Positions 1-13,229 of a stretch of 64,000 nt of DNA are shown piece by piece. The notes under the pieces were generated by a model. That model worked only from the letters and a program-made list of their open reading frames with translations, did not search any database and was not told the DNA's origin. Both the position numbers and the translations under genes were made by a program. The stretch is from Eledone cirrhosa (taxonomy: Eukaryota). Positions within the stretch are counted from its first letter, which is position 1, and every line of letters begins with the position of its first letter. Location of the stretch: positions 260,958,001 to 261,022,000 of the forward strand of contig OZ024742.1 in NCBI GenBank assembly GCA_964016885.1, read 5' to 3'.

Positions 1-59
1 TGGAAAAGTGAGGATGTTACCCACCTGAGGGAAGTAAGCATGGATGGAGGAAATAAAGC

Positions 60-450
60 AGGGAAAGATAGAGACAAGCATTTACGCAGACCTAAGCCCC
101 CAAATTGTTTGGGCAATGCCACCTGGACATGAGACTCTGGAGAGAGTCTGATGTTGACCAATCATTCGAGTTTACCAAAGAATTAGTTGTCAAAGCATTG
201 GAGAGATGACGAGAATCTATAGGAGGGACTGACTCTAAGTATATACAATAGCTTAAGAATCGATAGGTAATTCCTAAGTATAAAAATACCTTGATGGGGC
301 TCAATTGCCTCGATGTTTTTGATTAATTGCTTGAGATTAACCGTCTTGGATAAAAAGATGGGCTTGAAAGCTAGGTTAGTAATTGAGGATCCTAGAGAAC
401 ATCATGCCTGTGAAGGAGGTACTGCAGTAGATGGGAAGAATTTTGTAAAC
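60..450 (-). mobile_element. Degenerate non-LTR retrotransposon RT-thumb fragment
   Basis: Translation includes FLYLGI and HCPNNLG-like motifs; heavily decayed. Confidence 0.35.
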
Positions 451-2146
451 AGGCTGGTGAAGCTGGGTGGTTGAGGAACCAGAGCTCACATTTGAAGCTG
501 TTGATATGGAGACCCTTACAATCAAAATAGTGTTGTTGCATTTTCTGAACCTAGTTTCTAAAGCTGTGTTGGTGCTTGTAGAACCATATTTTTAATTTTC
601 AGGCTGTTAAGCAGACGTATGCTCTGTTGGTGTGTTCAGTTAATTGAAAAGTGTACAGCAAACAAATATAACATTTCAACACTACACTCTTTCTCTCTCA
701 CACACATGCCCACACATGTACACTTACACACAGAGGCACACCCACATCTACACATGTCACATACACATGTACAACATTTTGTTACACACACATGCCAAAA
801 CCTGTCTTACACACCCCATCAAGTACATATAAACAACACTGCAATCCTTACCAAAACACCAACACTCACCCATACACATGCACACATACAGGCACACTCA
901 ATTTTATACACAAATTTGTTCACCATTTAGAATAATTTACACATAAACAACACTGCAAAACATACCATTAACAACAACACCCACTTAAACACAAGCACAC
1001 ACACATGCACATGCAACCTTATACACAAACATAATTTAGCTTTAAAACAATTCACAAATACATGTGAATACACATATATGCCAGTAAACAAAAGCACAAA
1101 TATATTTTAGCACAACAACACTCATACCAACACCTTGCAACAAATACAACAAACACAATGACAACAACTAAACACACTCAAAACAATAACAACAATAATC
1201 ACAAAACAGACAAGCCAGTTAATGAACATATATCAAAACAAAATAATATTAGGAAGGTCAGTGGTTCTGTTGACATATGTAGGAACATGTAAGTACATAT
1301 AAAATATGTATGTGTGTGTGAGTTTGCATGTGTGAGTGTGGTGTCTGTGTGCAGGCATGCTAAACAAATCTTTAACCTCTCCTACCACACACACACAAAT
1401 AACTTGAGATGACACAGCAAACACATACAGTCTGTTTCCCTTGACGATTCTTCATCAATTTAAAACTAAAGATTCTTTCCCAATCCAACACTAGAGTATT
1501 TCAAACTCATATAAGCATTATCAATGAAACATACACACACACACATAACCAACCCCTGAAAATACAAAGAAAGTATATAAACATTTCATTATAGAACCTA
1601 CAATAATATCTTTCAAAAGGCCAATATTCTTTTCTTGACTGCTTAACCACTTACTCCACACATCAATCACCTTAGGCCATGCTTCTGATGAGATGGCTTA
1701 TTCACAGCAGAGGGATAAATCTCCAGTATGGAATTTGTTATCGAAATGGCAAGAGCCCAGCTGTTGGAGCCTGACTCACTACTATATACATATATATATG
1801 GTTGTGTGTGTATTTATGTCTGTGCCTGGTTTTATGTCCAATAACTTAGTGGTTAGACAAAAAAAGATCATTAAATAAGTACTGGGGTTGATATGATTAA
1901 CTAAATGGGGCTCTTTACAAAAACATTCACCCACACCTCTATTCTTTTACAATAATTGACTCCATCTATTTCCCTTAACCACAACTTCTTGTTTAACCCA
2001 TTAAAAGAGTAACAGCCAAATGTTAATATCTTTCTCCTCACTACACATCACCACTACTAAGCCTCTCCCAATGCTCAGTAGCTCTGATGCACCTAGAAAA
2101 GCAAAGAACAGCAATAATAGAAATAATGCTTGCAATGTATTGATAC

Positions 2147-2264
2147 CTTCCTAACATCTGCCTGGATAGGAAGACAGTGTCTGCCTGTAGTTTTCTCTAG
2201 AATATCTGCTGATTTAATTAATTTCTCCAATTTACGACTGGCAATCACTACATCACACTGATGT
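2147..2264 (-). CDS. DECR2: DECR2-like exon 3 (RHQCDVVIASRKLEKLIKSADILEKTTGRHCLPIQADVRK); gene continues left of the window
   Basis: tttcag| acceptor and AAG|gtatca donor; matches DECR2 RHGCHTVIASR...TGRRCLPLSMDVR. Confidence 0.93.
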
Positions 2265-2374
2265 CTGAAATATAAAAGTAACAACATCAACATGTTGCTC
2301 AGATAAGAGATGTTGTAAGTTGTAGGAAATATTTCTTAATCATCTTATTTTCATGGCATAATCAAATGATGAAA

Positions 2375-2775
2375 ACGACTGGCTGAGAGGAATAGAGCCA
2401 ATGATGAATGTTGAAATAAGAAATGAAGTCAGATGGCTAGGTCATGTATTGAGGAAGGATGAAATTGACTAGATGATGGGAATAATGCCAATGATGAATA
2501 TTGTGAAGTGAAATGAAATGAAATGGTTGGGTCATGTGTTGAGGAAAAATGAGAGGAATAGAGCTAGTGAAGGATGTGAAGAGAAATGGAGTAAGATGGC
2601 TAGGTCATGTGTTGAATAAGGATGAAAGTGACTGGGTAATGGGAATAGAGCCAGTGATGAATGTTTTGAAGAGAAATGTTATGAGTTGGCTTGATTGTGT
2701 GTTGAAGGATGAAAGTGACTGTTGTGAATCAGATGGCATAGTTATGTGTTGAGAAAGGATGACAGTGATTGGGTC
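2375..2775 (+). repeat. Degenerate ~90-bp tandem repeat derived from an RTE C-terminal segment
   Basis: About 5 copies encoding GIEPxMxV.KRNxVRWLGHVLxKDE. Confidence 0.7.
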
Positions 2776-2789
2776 TTCTCTTGTATAAC

Positions 2790-3085
2790 ATAATAGTTAG
2801 AGAGATAGATCGAGATAGGTGAGCCAGACTAAGGCGTCATTTGTAGTATTATAGATTGTTTCCAAGCCACCAGGAAAGCATCTGAGAGGGCAACCCCGAA
2901 CAACATGCAACACTGTATGGTCAGGGTCCTCACAGTCACATGCTGGGCTGTCTCTCATTTTCCATTCATGGAGATGATGGGCTGTCCTGGTATGTGTTGT
3001 GCGGATCCGATTAAGGGACACTCATTGCTTTCTAAGAAGGTCAAAGCCAGCAGGTTTAGATGTGGGGTCCTGGAAGAGGTCTTGG
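2790..3085 (-). mobile_element. LINE 3' fragment (Ingi/Vingi-like C-terminal zinc finger)
   Basis: LNRIRT...LHEWKMRDSPACDC...HVVRGCP...WLTYLDLSL. Confidence 0.65.
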
Positions 3086-3416
3086 AATTATATCTAGCCA
3101 ATTCATTATTCCATTTCTAATGAAATACACACTATTTCAATTAATGAAGAATTTTGAAGGATTGACAAAAATTATTAATTATTTCATTACTAAAATTACA
3201 ACTTAACATAATTTGTAAAATTATGTTGCAGGAGCCCTTTATAAATGGGTGGTTTTGTTTCATAGAACAAGAGCTGGTTTTGACTGGGGTAGTATTAAAA
3301 GGGTTAAAGTTAATAGTTATATGAACAATGGGTTAACTTTCATAGTTATAATGATCTCATGAAAAGGATTATCAATGATGATGCAAACAGTAGGTTACTT
3401 TCTTAATGATACATAC

Positions 3417-3485
3417 CTCATAAAGATCTCGGCAATAGTAAAACATATTCCAGTTCCACCTCCAGTGATAAATGCTACCTTGCCA
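3417..3485 (-). CDS. DECR2: DECR2-like exon 2 ([22 protein letters not shown]), SDR TGxxxGI nucleotide-binding motif
   Basis: ctttcag| acceptor and |gtatgt donor; phase 2 in and out; closely matches DECR2 [22 protein letters not shown]. Confidence 0.93.
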
Positions 3486-3834
3486 CTGAAAGAGATGAGA
3501 ACATATATATTTTATTTTATGCACACATACACACACAAATAAAGGAAATAGATTTTCCATGATTTTGATTACTGTTATGTTCATGAAATAAAAAAAAAAT
3601 ACTTTCAACTTGTGTTTCATCATGACTTCCAATTTCATATTAAGAATGAATAATATCAACCAGGATAATGGCATAGAAACTATTTATTTTTCCTAGGTGT
3701 TTACATGTTTTCAATAACCCCTTTTTCCAAAAGCAGAGGGGAAAATTAAGGGTGGCCCTTGGAGTTTTGCACCCTCTGAGTTTTCTTTGGTGGGAATTTT
3801 TTTCTTTTCTAGTTTTTTTTTCAAACAGTTCTTA

Positions 3835-4740
3835 TAGCAGAATCTGCAGAAGAACTAGAGAATAAGTTCTGATTGTGGAAACAGAATTTACAATCATAAG
3901 GGTCAATAGTAAACTAGAAAAACCAAAATTGTTAGTATGTAGGAAAGAAGACAAGACCCTGATCTGATTAGGAAAGTGGCCCTATCTGATATGCAGAAAA
4001 GGAGTCAGCATAAACTCTATATGATGTACACAATGCAAATCTTGGGTACACAAGATGTAGTGGGGTAGCAGGCAGACTAACAGGAAAGGAAGACTTCATA
4101 TGTAATAGATGCACAGGAGTAATTGATAGTCAGTGTTACTTTTCCCAATCACATGAAGGATCCATGGAAGTGGTCGATAGCTTCTGCTACATTGGTAATC
4201 TAATTAGCAGTGAAAGAGGGTGCTCCGAGAGCATAGTAGCTAGAATAAGGATGGGATGGAAGAAGTTTATAGAGTTATGCTCTCTGCTGACAACAAAAGG
4301 TTTCTTCTTGCGAATGAAAGGATGGCTGTATGATGCCTGTGTGTGAAGTGCGATGCTGCATGGTAGTGAAACATGGTAGTGAAACATGGAAATTGCAAAG
4401 GCTGGAGAGAAATGATCCAAACATGCTTGAAGCATGAATGAACTGAGGGAGAAACTGGGTTTAAGAGGAATCAGAAATAGTGTGCAAGAGAGAAGACTGT
4501 GTTGGTATGGACATATGATGATTGCTGGGTGAAGAAGTGCCAGGAAATCCCAGTAAAAGGAAGCCACAGTAGAGGAAGTCCAAGGAAGACCTGGGTAAAT
4601 GGGTAAAGGTGGTGAGAACTGATCTCAAATCATTGAAACTCACAAAGGAAATGATGAGTGGAGAGATGCTGTACTGAAAAGGGCCTGTCCAACCCATGCA
4701 AGCATGGAAAAACGGACATAAAACGATGATCATAATGAAC
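3835..4740 (+). mobile_element. 5'-truncated RTE LINE, decayed
   Basis: VDSFCYIG...GWKKF...LYDACV; 3' end gtccaacccatgcaagcatgg plus (GAT) tail. Confidence 0.9.
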
Positions 4741-4974
4741 ATTTAATGAGGATGCTCATTTGCATATTTGTTCTGTGACCATATCACAGATATCTCAATA
4801 ACCATTGACAATGCCATACAGCTGTTTCAAGAGTCGTTATTCTCTCACCAGTGATATTCACTCAACCAATTGAGTGAAGTGTGTCTCAGTGAGTCGAGCC
4901 ATGGTCGATGAACTCAGAAGTTGTTGCTTGAAGATGAAGGTCGAATGTGATGTCGTGCGGAAAGTGGCTTTCCT

Positions 4975-5181
4975 GGTCGTGGATTGGTAGAGTCGGTAGA
5001 GCGTCAGGCAGCATAGAGTTACGCCCCTTTACGTTCTGAGTTAAAATCCTACCAAGGTTAGCTTTGCTTTTCATCCTTACGGGGTTGATAAAATAAAGCA
5101 CCAATATTGTACTGGAGGCAATTTAATCGACTTTCCCCTCCCCCCAAAATTGTTGGCTTTGTGCCTAAGTGAGAAACTATT
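4975..5181 (+). mobile_element. tRNA-derived SINE
   Basis: A/B-box-like head; core ttcatccttacggggttgataaaataaag shared with copies at 14.7-15.1, 16.0, 18.9, 33.9 and 58.3 kb. Confidence 0.8.
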
Positions 5182-6191
5182 ACAAGAAAATTACAAATAA
5201 ACAACAAAACCGCTAAATAAATGTTTTTATTTTGATTATATGATTTTCTACGAGGTTTTGTTGTTTTTATTTGTAATTTTCTAATAATGGTTTCTGAATT
5301 ATATTTTCATATTGAAAATAATTCTAATCAAATTAATGCAAAAGAATCAAATCTTATTTAGTAAGAAAGAAAAAAAGGGGAAACACAAGGAAACAAAAAA
5401 TAGGGAAATATAGGAAAAAAAAAGAAAGAGAGGCGAAAGAATACGATCGCGAATACAAGCGGTTGAAATTGGGTTCCTCCGAAGGGTCTTAGGAGAAATG
5501 GTTGGTTAACATCCATGAGCTTGGCTGGTCTCGCTTGGGAGTCCAGTCGGATCAGTTGGGGACGGTTGCTTCTGGAAGGAGTGTTTGAGAACTTTGCCCC
5601 CACGACCTTCTCAGGAAAAAGTAGGCGAGGATGAAAAGAAGATTTTCTACGAGAAAACTTAGTTAAAAATAAAAATAAATTCTCATTGAATGGCAGAGCA
5701 GAGGAAAGCTTTTCTATAAATTTACCGAAAACAACAAAAAACAAACAAACCAAAACAACAAAATTTCAACATAATTGCAATCGCATTGTTGCTAAGTTTC
5801 ATTAAAATTATGCATTATTAAAAATGTTACGAAGAAACAAAGTCAGAGGTTGGAGTTGGGACGCTAAACTCTAGTTATGTCCTAACAAATTCGACGGGGG
5901 TGTATTTCATCTATCATAACTACCATGGATACAAAGTTATATGAATATTATTTCACTGATTTATTAAAACCACCCCTGCTCCAAAAATGTTCTTAGTCTA
6001 AAAATGTAAACAGTTCGATTTTAAAAAGTCACAACGAAAATAACAACAAAAAACACTCCCACTTTATAAAAATAAACAAAGGTAGTAAGGGCAAGCTATT
6101 TACAGATATCAAGGAATTAAGAATGATTGTAACGGCCTAACAACAATTCTATAACTAAAAAAAAATCAATATTTCATTTATACTAACTTAC

Positions 6192-6259
6192 CCGAGTAAA
6201 TCGGGTCGAAACAAATATTCATAGTCTAGACAGACTGGCTCATCTCCGATTGAAGACAT
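6192..6259 (-). CDS. DECR2: Peroxisomal 2,4-dienoyl-CoA reductase, coding exon 1 (MSSIGDEPVCLDYEYLFRPDLL)
   Basis: ATG at 6259; ends CTC GG|gtaagt (phase 2). Resembles the DECR2 N-terminus C...Y..LF.PDLL. A possible upstream acceptor ttttttcag at 6305-6313 suggests a 5' UTR intron. Confidence 0.88.
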
Positions 6260-7084
6260 GTTTCACTTAACATGTCAACATGTCTTTGTTATCTCCCCTT
6301 CAGACTGAAAAAAGTTTATAATGTTTAGCTCTAGTTCAGCCCTGAAAAAGTAGAGCTGTGATCAAAAGAATTTAAAGAGGTTTAGAAATATAACTAACTT
6401 TCTTATTATAACATAATTTGAAAGTTCTAACATAAAATTATGATGGAAGGTTTCTGGATTAATATAAATATTTTGAAACAAACATTTTTAAAAATCATAG
6501 AACCTGAAGCAGTTTCAAGTGTTTTTGTATCAAAATTGTTAACATAGGTGACAGTTTTACCAGCAACTATTAATCGAAAAGACAAAATGGAGTAAAATGA
6601 TCAACATCAGAACAAAGAAGAAACATAAAAGAGCAAGAATTGTCATTGAAAAGGTCACAGGATTTGTGGCAAAAGAGCTTTGACAATTAACAATTAAACA
6701 CCCAACCTGTTATTAAACAAATCGATGAATGAATTACTTAACTAATAAACTGAAGTGAACATCAATTAGTGCATGTCTTTTTATTGCAGCATGACCCTCT
6801 CAAAGTATAACAAATACTAATCTTTATTTTTTCCCCTTTTCTCCTACTTCATTTCTCTCCCTACAACAGCTCTTCTTACTCCTCGTCATCCAAATTACTC
6901 ATACTGAGGCTTCCTTGTTGGCCTTGTTTAGATTATTGTTCAGCAAACTGACTCCGGGAAGGTGGAGTGTCAGACAAAATGTTAGGTTCCCTTATGTTGA
7001 GTTAAAGGGTAATGTACTTACTGAAAGGTGTAAAAAGAAATCCCGATTAATTGAAATTTCCCTTTTGTTATTGTTGGTTGTTGT

Positions 7085-7272
7085 TGATGATATTAAAGAT
7101 GATGATCATGATGGCAATAATGATGATCATGATGGCAATAATGATGATCATGACAATGGTAATGAAGACAATGATGAAGATGCTGCTCATGATGATGATG
7201 ATAACAATGACAATGATGTTAATGGTGACAATGATCACGATGATTGTGATGATGATGATGATATCAATGATT
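7085..7272. repeat. Degenerate (GAT)n microsatellite
   Basis: gatgatgat tract with variants. Confidence 0.9.
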
Positions 7273-7380
7273 GTCTACACATGGAGCAGATCAACTTGTT
7301 ATAAATGTGTTGAATTGGGTGATGACAACAGTGTGGTGGTTGTGGAGGTGACTAGTAGTTCTGGAAGGATTGGGATTGAG

Positions 7381-8115
7381 TAACCAACTAACCAGCTAGC
7401 CAACAAACCAACAAGCCAGCCAACCAGCTAACCAACCAGTCAACCAGCCAGCTACCCAACTAGTCAACCAGCCCTCCAGCTAGTCTGCCAATTAGTCAAC
7501 CAGCCAGCCTGCAAACCAACCAGCCAGCTAGCCAATCACTCAAACAAACAACCAACCAGCCAACCAACCAATAAACCAACCAATCAACCACCCAACTGCC
7601 CAACCAGCCAAACAACTTCCAGACCAGCCAACTGCACAACCAACCAACCAATCACTGAAATAGCAAGCCAACTAACCAGCTAACTAACCAGCCAACTAAC
7701 CAGCCAACCAACCAACTGCTCAACCAACCAACCAACTGCCCAACCAACCAACCAACTGCTCAACCAACCAACCAACTGCCCAACCAACCAACCAACTGCC
7801 CAACCAACCAACCAACTGTCCAACCAACCAACTGCCTAACCAACCAGCCAACTGCCCAACCAACCAACCAGCCAGCTGCACATCCAACCAGCCAGCTGCG
7901 CAACCAGCCAGCCAGCAAACCAGCCCATCAGGTAGCCAATCACTGAAACAACAAACCAATTAACAAGTCAACTAACCACCCAACCAATCAGCCAACCACC
8001 CAACCAGCTACCCAGAAAACCAACCAGCCAAACAATCAACCAACTAACAAGCCAACTAACCAACCAACCAGTAAATCAATCAACCAACTAACTAGTCACC
8101 CAACCAACTAGTCAA
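7381..8115. repeat. (ACCA/GCCA)n tetranucleotide tract with a 20-bp higher-order unit caaccaaccaaccaactgcc
   Basis: Visible directly; regular 20-mer at about 7700-7870. Confidence 0.9.
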
Positions 8116-9289
8116 TCAGGTATTGATCTGTATGAAATGTGAACAGAGCTCTTTCTAGTACAGTGATGTAGCTGGAGGTGGGGATGGTGGCTCCCTGGGC
8201 AGCACTTTCACTGTAATGTATTGAGTCTATCATAGGAGGTGTGGTAAATTCAAGGACTGCCCCTGGCACCACAAACTCTAATTATGCCACTGAGTCAAAT
8301 AGACAAAAATGGGGAGAGATACCAGCAAATGTCAATCTGAGTTGGACACATGTTCACCACACACCTAATCAATAATACAATACATGTGTATATACACACT
8401 CACATACAGTCTTACGTTCTGCACTAGTTCACTTTCAATTATACATTTCTGTTACCATCTTGTTCACGAGCACCTCTTGAAAATTTCAGCTCCACATAGT
8501 TGTGTTGTGTTTACCTTATGGTACTGATTTACAGGTAAGTCAACTGCTATTTTTGTTGCTGTCCCAGAGTTAATTGTCTTAGGTCATGAAGGTATACACT
8601 ATTTATTGTGCACTAGTGGTTCACATCACTCAATATATGCACATTAACAATCACAACACACACTTATACATTTTAAGAGACACATCACATATTATATAGA
8701 CACACTAATAAACAACATTTTATGAACACACTAACAAACACACTGACAACCACAACTCCTTGAATACTAATAATTACTAACAAGTGCATTATATACTCAA
8801 TAACTAATACACATGTGTTAAACACATGCAAACATCCTACTTTATATACACACTCATGATGATCATCATCATTTAACGTTATCTCTTCTAGCAAGGGCTA
8901 AACAACAAATAAGTTACATATATATATATATACACTAATAAGTACAATCTTAAAAGCATTAAAGGCCTCAGAGCAAAGCAATGCACTGCGGCCTCTATAT
9001 TCATAACCACTTTGTCTTGCTGCTGCAGTCAGAATAATTCTCAGTGAATTGGTCCCTGATTTCTTTAATCTTGCTGTTGCACTTTCATTAGTAAGAATTC
9101 ATTCTGGTATCATTGATTCTACAGTAAGGTCTTCAGATACATTTTTGATGTGTTTCTGAACTAACTCCTATGGCTTTTCAACAAATAAAATGTTACTATG
9201 AGACTCTATTAACACCTCCAAAGCTTCTACATTGGCATTTTCCATTCACCCTTCATTGGCTAGTTCAATAATATTATTGATGATTGCTA

Positions 9290-10200
9290 GTATTATACTG
9301 CAAGTATTCATCTTAGGCCTTGAGTCTATAAGTTACATGCTGATCCATGGGTTGGAGTAAGGAAGTGTTGTTTAGCATTAGGTAAGAAATGCAGGTCTGA
9401 AGAATGTTGATATTCTGTCTGGCTTGGAGTATTATGAATCCTTAGGTTATGTTCTTCCCAATATTTTTTAATGTAGCATTAAAGAATAAGACCCCCCCCC
9501 CCCCCCGCAAAAAAAAAATGTAAACATTTTTTAGTGAATTGGTCACAGGGTTATTTACTTTGGTAAATGCCACTGCAGGCCAACCACTAATTAAATTCGA
9601 TACAGATATAATAAGGTTAACAAACTCCCTTGTGAGTGAACTGTCCGAGAGCCGGTCGCCAAGATGTCTCTTTTCTCCCTCCTTTATAATCCCTAGACCG
9701 GAAGTTCAAGGAATCGTCTAGAATTCAACGGGAAGTAACTTCAATTAGTTTTTTCTCCCCGGGCAAGGTGGCACTAGTTGCTACAATTTCTATTGTCACC
9801 CAGACATTTGTGTTTGATTTCCAAATCACAGGCATCTGTTCCAACCTTAAAACAAAAAGCATTTTGTTTTTACTTCTGGAGATGAAAGTGTGAGATGACA
9901 TTATTTTCCAGAAAATACCTGTTTCATCTATCTTGAATATAAGTTGGGAAGGCTAGTTACCACACTCAATGACACTCTTAAGAACCTGGGAAGATTTTTT
10001 GGCTTCTTGGGTGTTAGCACTTGCAGTTTCACTGGACACAGTGAGGTATGCCCTCATTTGAATCTTTAAAATCAATCTCTGCTTGCTAGCTTGCACTGAA
10101 TGTTTCTGAATTATTTCTTTCTTCTTGTAAGTGTCTGAAGATGTTCCTTGGTTTTGTATTATTGAGTTGGCTTAGTTTTCTGTTATTAGGTCGTCAAGTA
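9290..10200 (-). mobile_element. Decayed pogo/Tigger-like transposase remnant
   Basis: Minus strand around 9840-9960 reads SQLIFKIDETGIFWKIMSSHTFIS (DETGLFWK motif). Boundaries uncertain. Confidence 0.55.
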
Positions 10201-11779
10201 TGAAATTTGTAGAAATTTGTAGAAAAAACCCCCACAAATTTCTACAAATTTCATACTTGACGACCCAATACATTTCTTTTTATGATGACATTTTTCAAAG
10301 GTATCAATTATGATTGTGTTGATGAATTGTTTTTAGAAGGAATGATGAACAAATTTACCAGTTTATATTTATCCTGCTATTAACAGAAATCAAAAGTATT
10401 CACTAAATGAAAAACATTAACAAATGAAACTCAATAAGATAATGAAAGTATTAAAAAAATAATCAAAATTTCATTCAAGAAATATGAAATATTAAAAAAG
10501 TTTTGTGGAAATAATGTTGGGTGGGTAGTTGGGTAGGGGGGTCTCTAAACTGTAAAAAATGTCTTTTGATAAATTGAAATTGATAAAATAAAGTAAGTAC
10601 CAGATTAAAATAAGTATTGGGGTTGATATAATTGCTGAAAACTCTCAAAGATAGTACCCTCAACAAGGTCGATGTCCAATGATGGAAAAAAGGATAAAAG
10701 AATATATGAAAAATACACATATATACATAGATGTTACACATAAACATACATTCATGTGTGCATATGCACACTTACATGCACACACACACAAATGCATTCA
10801 ATAAATATATGTAAGTATGTATATGTAAATAGATACATACACAATATCTTACATACAAATACACATACGTGTACACATGCATATACTCATAAATATCAGA
10901 TATTACATATAAATATACATACATAAGCATACACACACGCGCACATGCAACAGTTGGAGATGGCCTTGAAGAGCATGAGTTGCGTCTGACTGTATATTGT
11001 GGGGGTGTGCCCAGCTTTCCATGCTGGCATAGGTTGGACTAGAAAGGTGAATTGGAGATATGAGTGGCAGAAGATTATATAAATTTAAAATATTGATTTT
11101 TTTTTTTCAATTCAATATTACACTATGATAGTTTTATAGATTTTATGATGAAACATGTCAGTTCAAAAACAACAACAACAACAAAAGAAAACCAGTAAGG
11201 TTAGTTATTCAGTGACACCATCTGCATGACAACAATAGTTTAGTTAATGTTAACATTAAATACCTAGTTAAAATCTGGTTAAGAAAAGGCAGCATTAAAT
11301 CAATGGCAAATATGGTTTTTATAATTTCAGCAAGCATAGCCATGTGGTTAAGGAGTTTGCTTCGCAACCACATAGTTTCAGGGTCAGCATCTTGGGCAAG
11401 TGTATTCCACTACACCCTCAAGTTAACCAATTCCCTCTGAGTGAAAGTTGGTAGATGGAAACGGCAGAAGCTTTTTGTATATATATCATCATTATCATCA
11501 TCATTTAACATTTATTTTCCATGTTTGCATGGGTTTGACAGGTTGTCCTGTTATGAGACTAGTCAGGTCAGGTAACCAAGCCTTGCTCATGTAGATCTGT
11601 TTTTGGTGTGGTTTCTACAGCTGGATACCCTTCCTATTGCCAACCACTTTTCAGTGTGGTCTGGGTGCTTTTTATCATGTCACCAAAATGACCATCTGTA
11701 TCATCCTCATCATCATCACCATTTAGCGTCTATTTTTCCATGCTTTCATTGTCAATGCCAAATCGATTCCAAGTATTGG

Positions 11780-12935
11780 TTTCTTTATAGATTTAGGTAA
11801 CTATTGATGTCATGATGCTTATGATGGACATGGCCGGATAGTCCCAATTTGCCACAGAATAGTTGTTGGCATATGTTGCATAAGAGTCTAGGAGGAGGGC
11901 ATAGTTTATTCATCTTCATCATCCTTTTAATGTTTTATTGATCGTTATGGAGTATTCATAAATAAAGCATTTGTACCTTTAAAGACAGCTCATCTCCAGG
12001 TTCTATGTTTTGTAGATGTCTTCTCCCAAATATTTGGGTTGAGTTCTGTTTGGATCAGAGATTACTTGAACTGATCTTTAAATGTTGCTTAGGCACATCA
12101 TGAAGTATTTGCCATTAGCAAGTTCTCCAAAGAAGATGGTCCATGGTTACCTTGTAGAGCCCCTGCTGGCATTATGTGCTGCTCAGCATAATCAATGGAT
12201 TTGTATGATAGCCTCGATATTGAGGAGAGAAGTTCTGAAGAGGATCTCATTGTTAGTAATGTTATATTTCCGCCTAACAGTCTTAAATCTTGACATGGTC
12301 CTAATCTTATAAGCATAAAGCAGAGTTGAGAGGATATCTGCTTTAAAGACCATGATCTTTGTTTTGAGAGTGAAACTGATTTTCAAAAACTTGGTGTATG
12401 GACCTACCATATGCACCGTAGTTAGCCTTAATTCTATTATCGATGTCCTATTCACAGGTAACTTTCTTTGACAAGATGAAACCAAAATAAAAAAATTGGT
12501 CAATTGTTTCCACTGAGTGGCCACTTATCTAGATGTCAACATCTTATGCAGTATATTGAAGTCTTGGCTGGCTTAGGATCTTTGTATTGCCAACATTGAT
12601 TTTCATTTCAAAATGCTGATATGCTTCTGTGTATAGGTCTATCACTTTTTGAAGATCAGCTTCATTGTTTGCTAGTATTGCCTTGTCATTTGCATATTGT
12701 AATTCACACACCATGTTGACAGTAGATTTTGTCTTGGAGTGGAAATGGGAGAGATTGAACAACCAACCATATAACCTAGAGGATCAGAAGGCTACTCATT
12801 AATCATAGCAGTGAGATATAAAAGTAAATAGCATTGGTGCCAACACAGTTTTGTTTCAAAACACTAGTAATAGGGAAAAGGTCTGATAAGGCATCTTATG
12901 ACAGATCTTTCCAAGCATGCTGCCATGTAAGGAAC
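11780..12935 (-). mobile_element. Decayed RTE (BovB-like) LINE fragment
   Basis: FNLSHFHSKTK...CELQYAND...DLQ...INVGNTKIL; TLKTKIMVFKA.ILSTLLY. Confidence 0.85.
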
Positions 12936-13167
12936 AAACAAGAGAAATTTTGGGCTCAGTACTACTACAACGGATAGGTTATCCTAAGTAAATAGACCTT
13001 GAATTACAAATTTGGTGACTGCATATATACACAAGAAAGTACTGTCTATCTAATTTAATTGAGACTCAACAGGCATTAGTAGTTATCATATTTAATATGC
13101 AAATGACAATGATGACAACAATGACGACCACCACCAACAACAACAATAATGTGCTGTCATATTACAG

Positions 13168-13229
13168 ATGGTACTGCAACATGTGCAGATGAAACTGAAA
13201 CCTGAGAGTAATTACACAGAAAAGGATAG
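13168..13229 (+). CDS. SLC45/SUC-like MFS transporter, probable first coding exon (MVLQHVQMKLKPESNYTEKD)
   Basis: ttacag|ATG and AG|gtaagt; phase 2 matches the next exon. Confidence 0.7.

Noticed and set aside
4975-5060. tRNA genes at SINE heads
   Set aside because: No complete cloverleaf, and the sequence continues into the SINE core and tail.
5358-5753. 131-aa minus-strand ORF in the DECR2 intron
   Set aside because: No recognisable domain, low-complexity ends, and no phase-compatible splice to DECR2.
6915-7383. Asp/Asn-rich and Met-rich ORFs
   Set aside because: Translations of a (GAT)n microsatellite.
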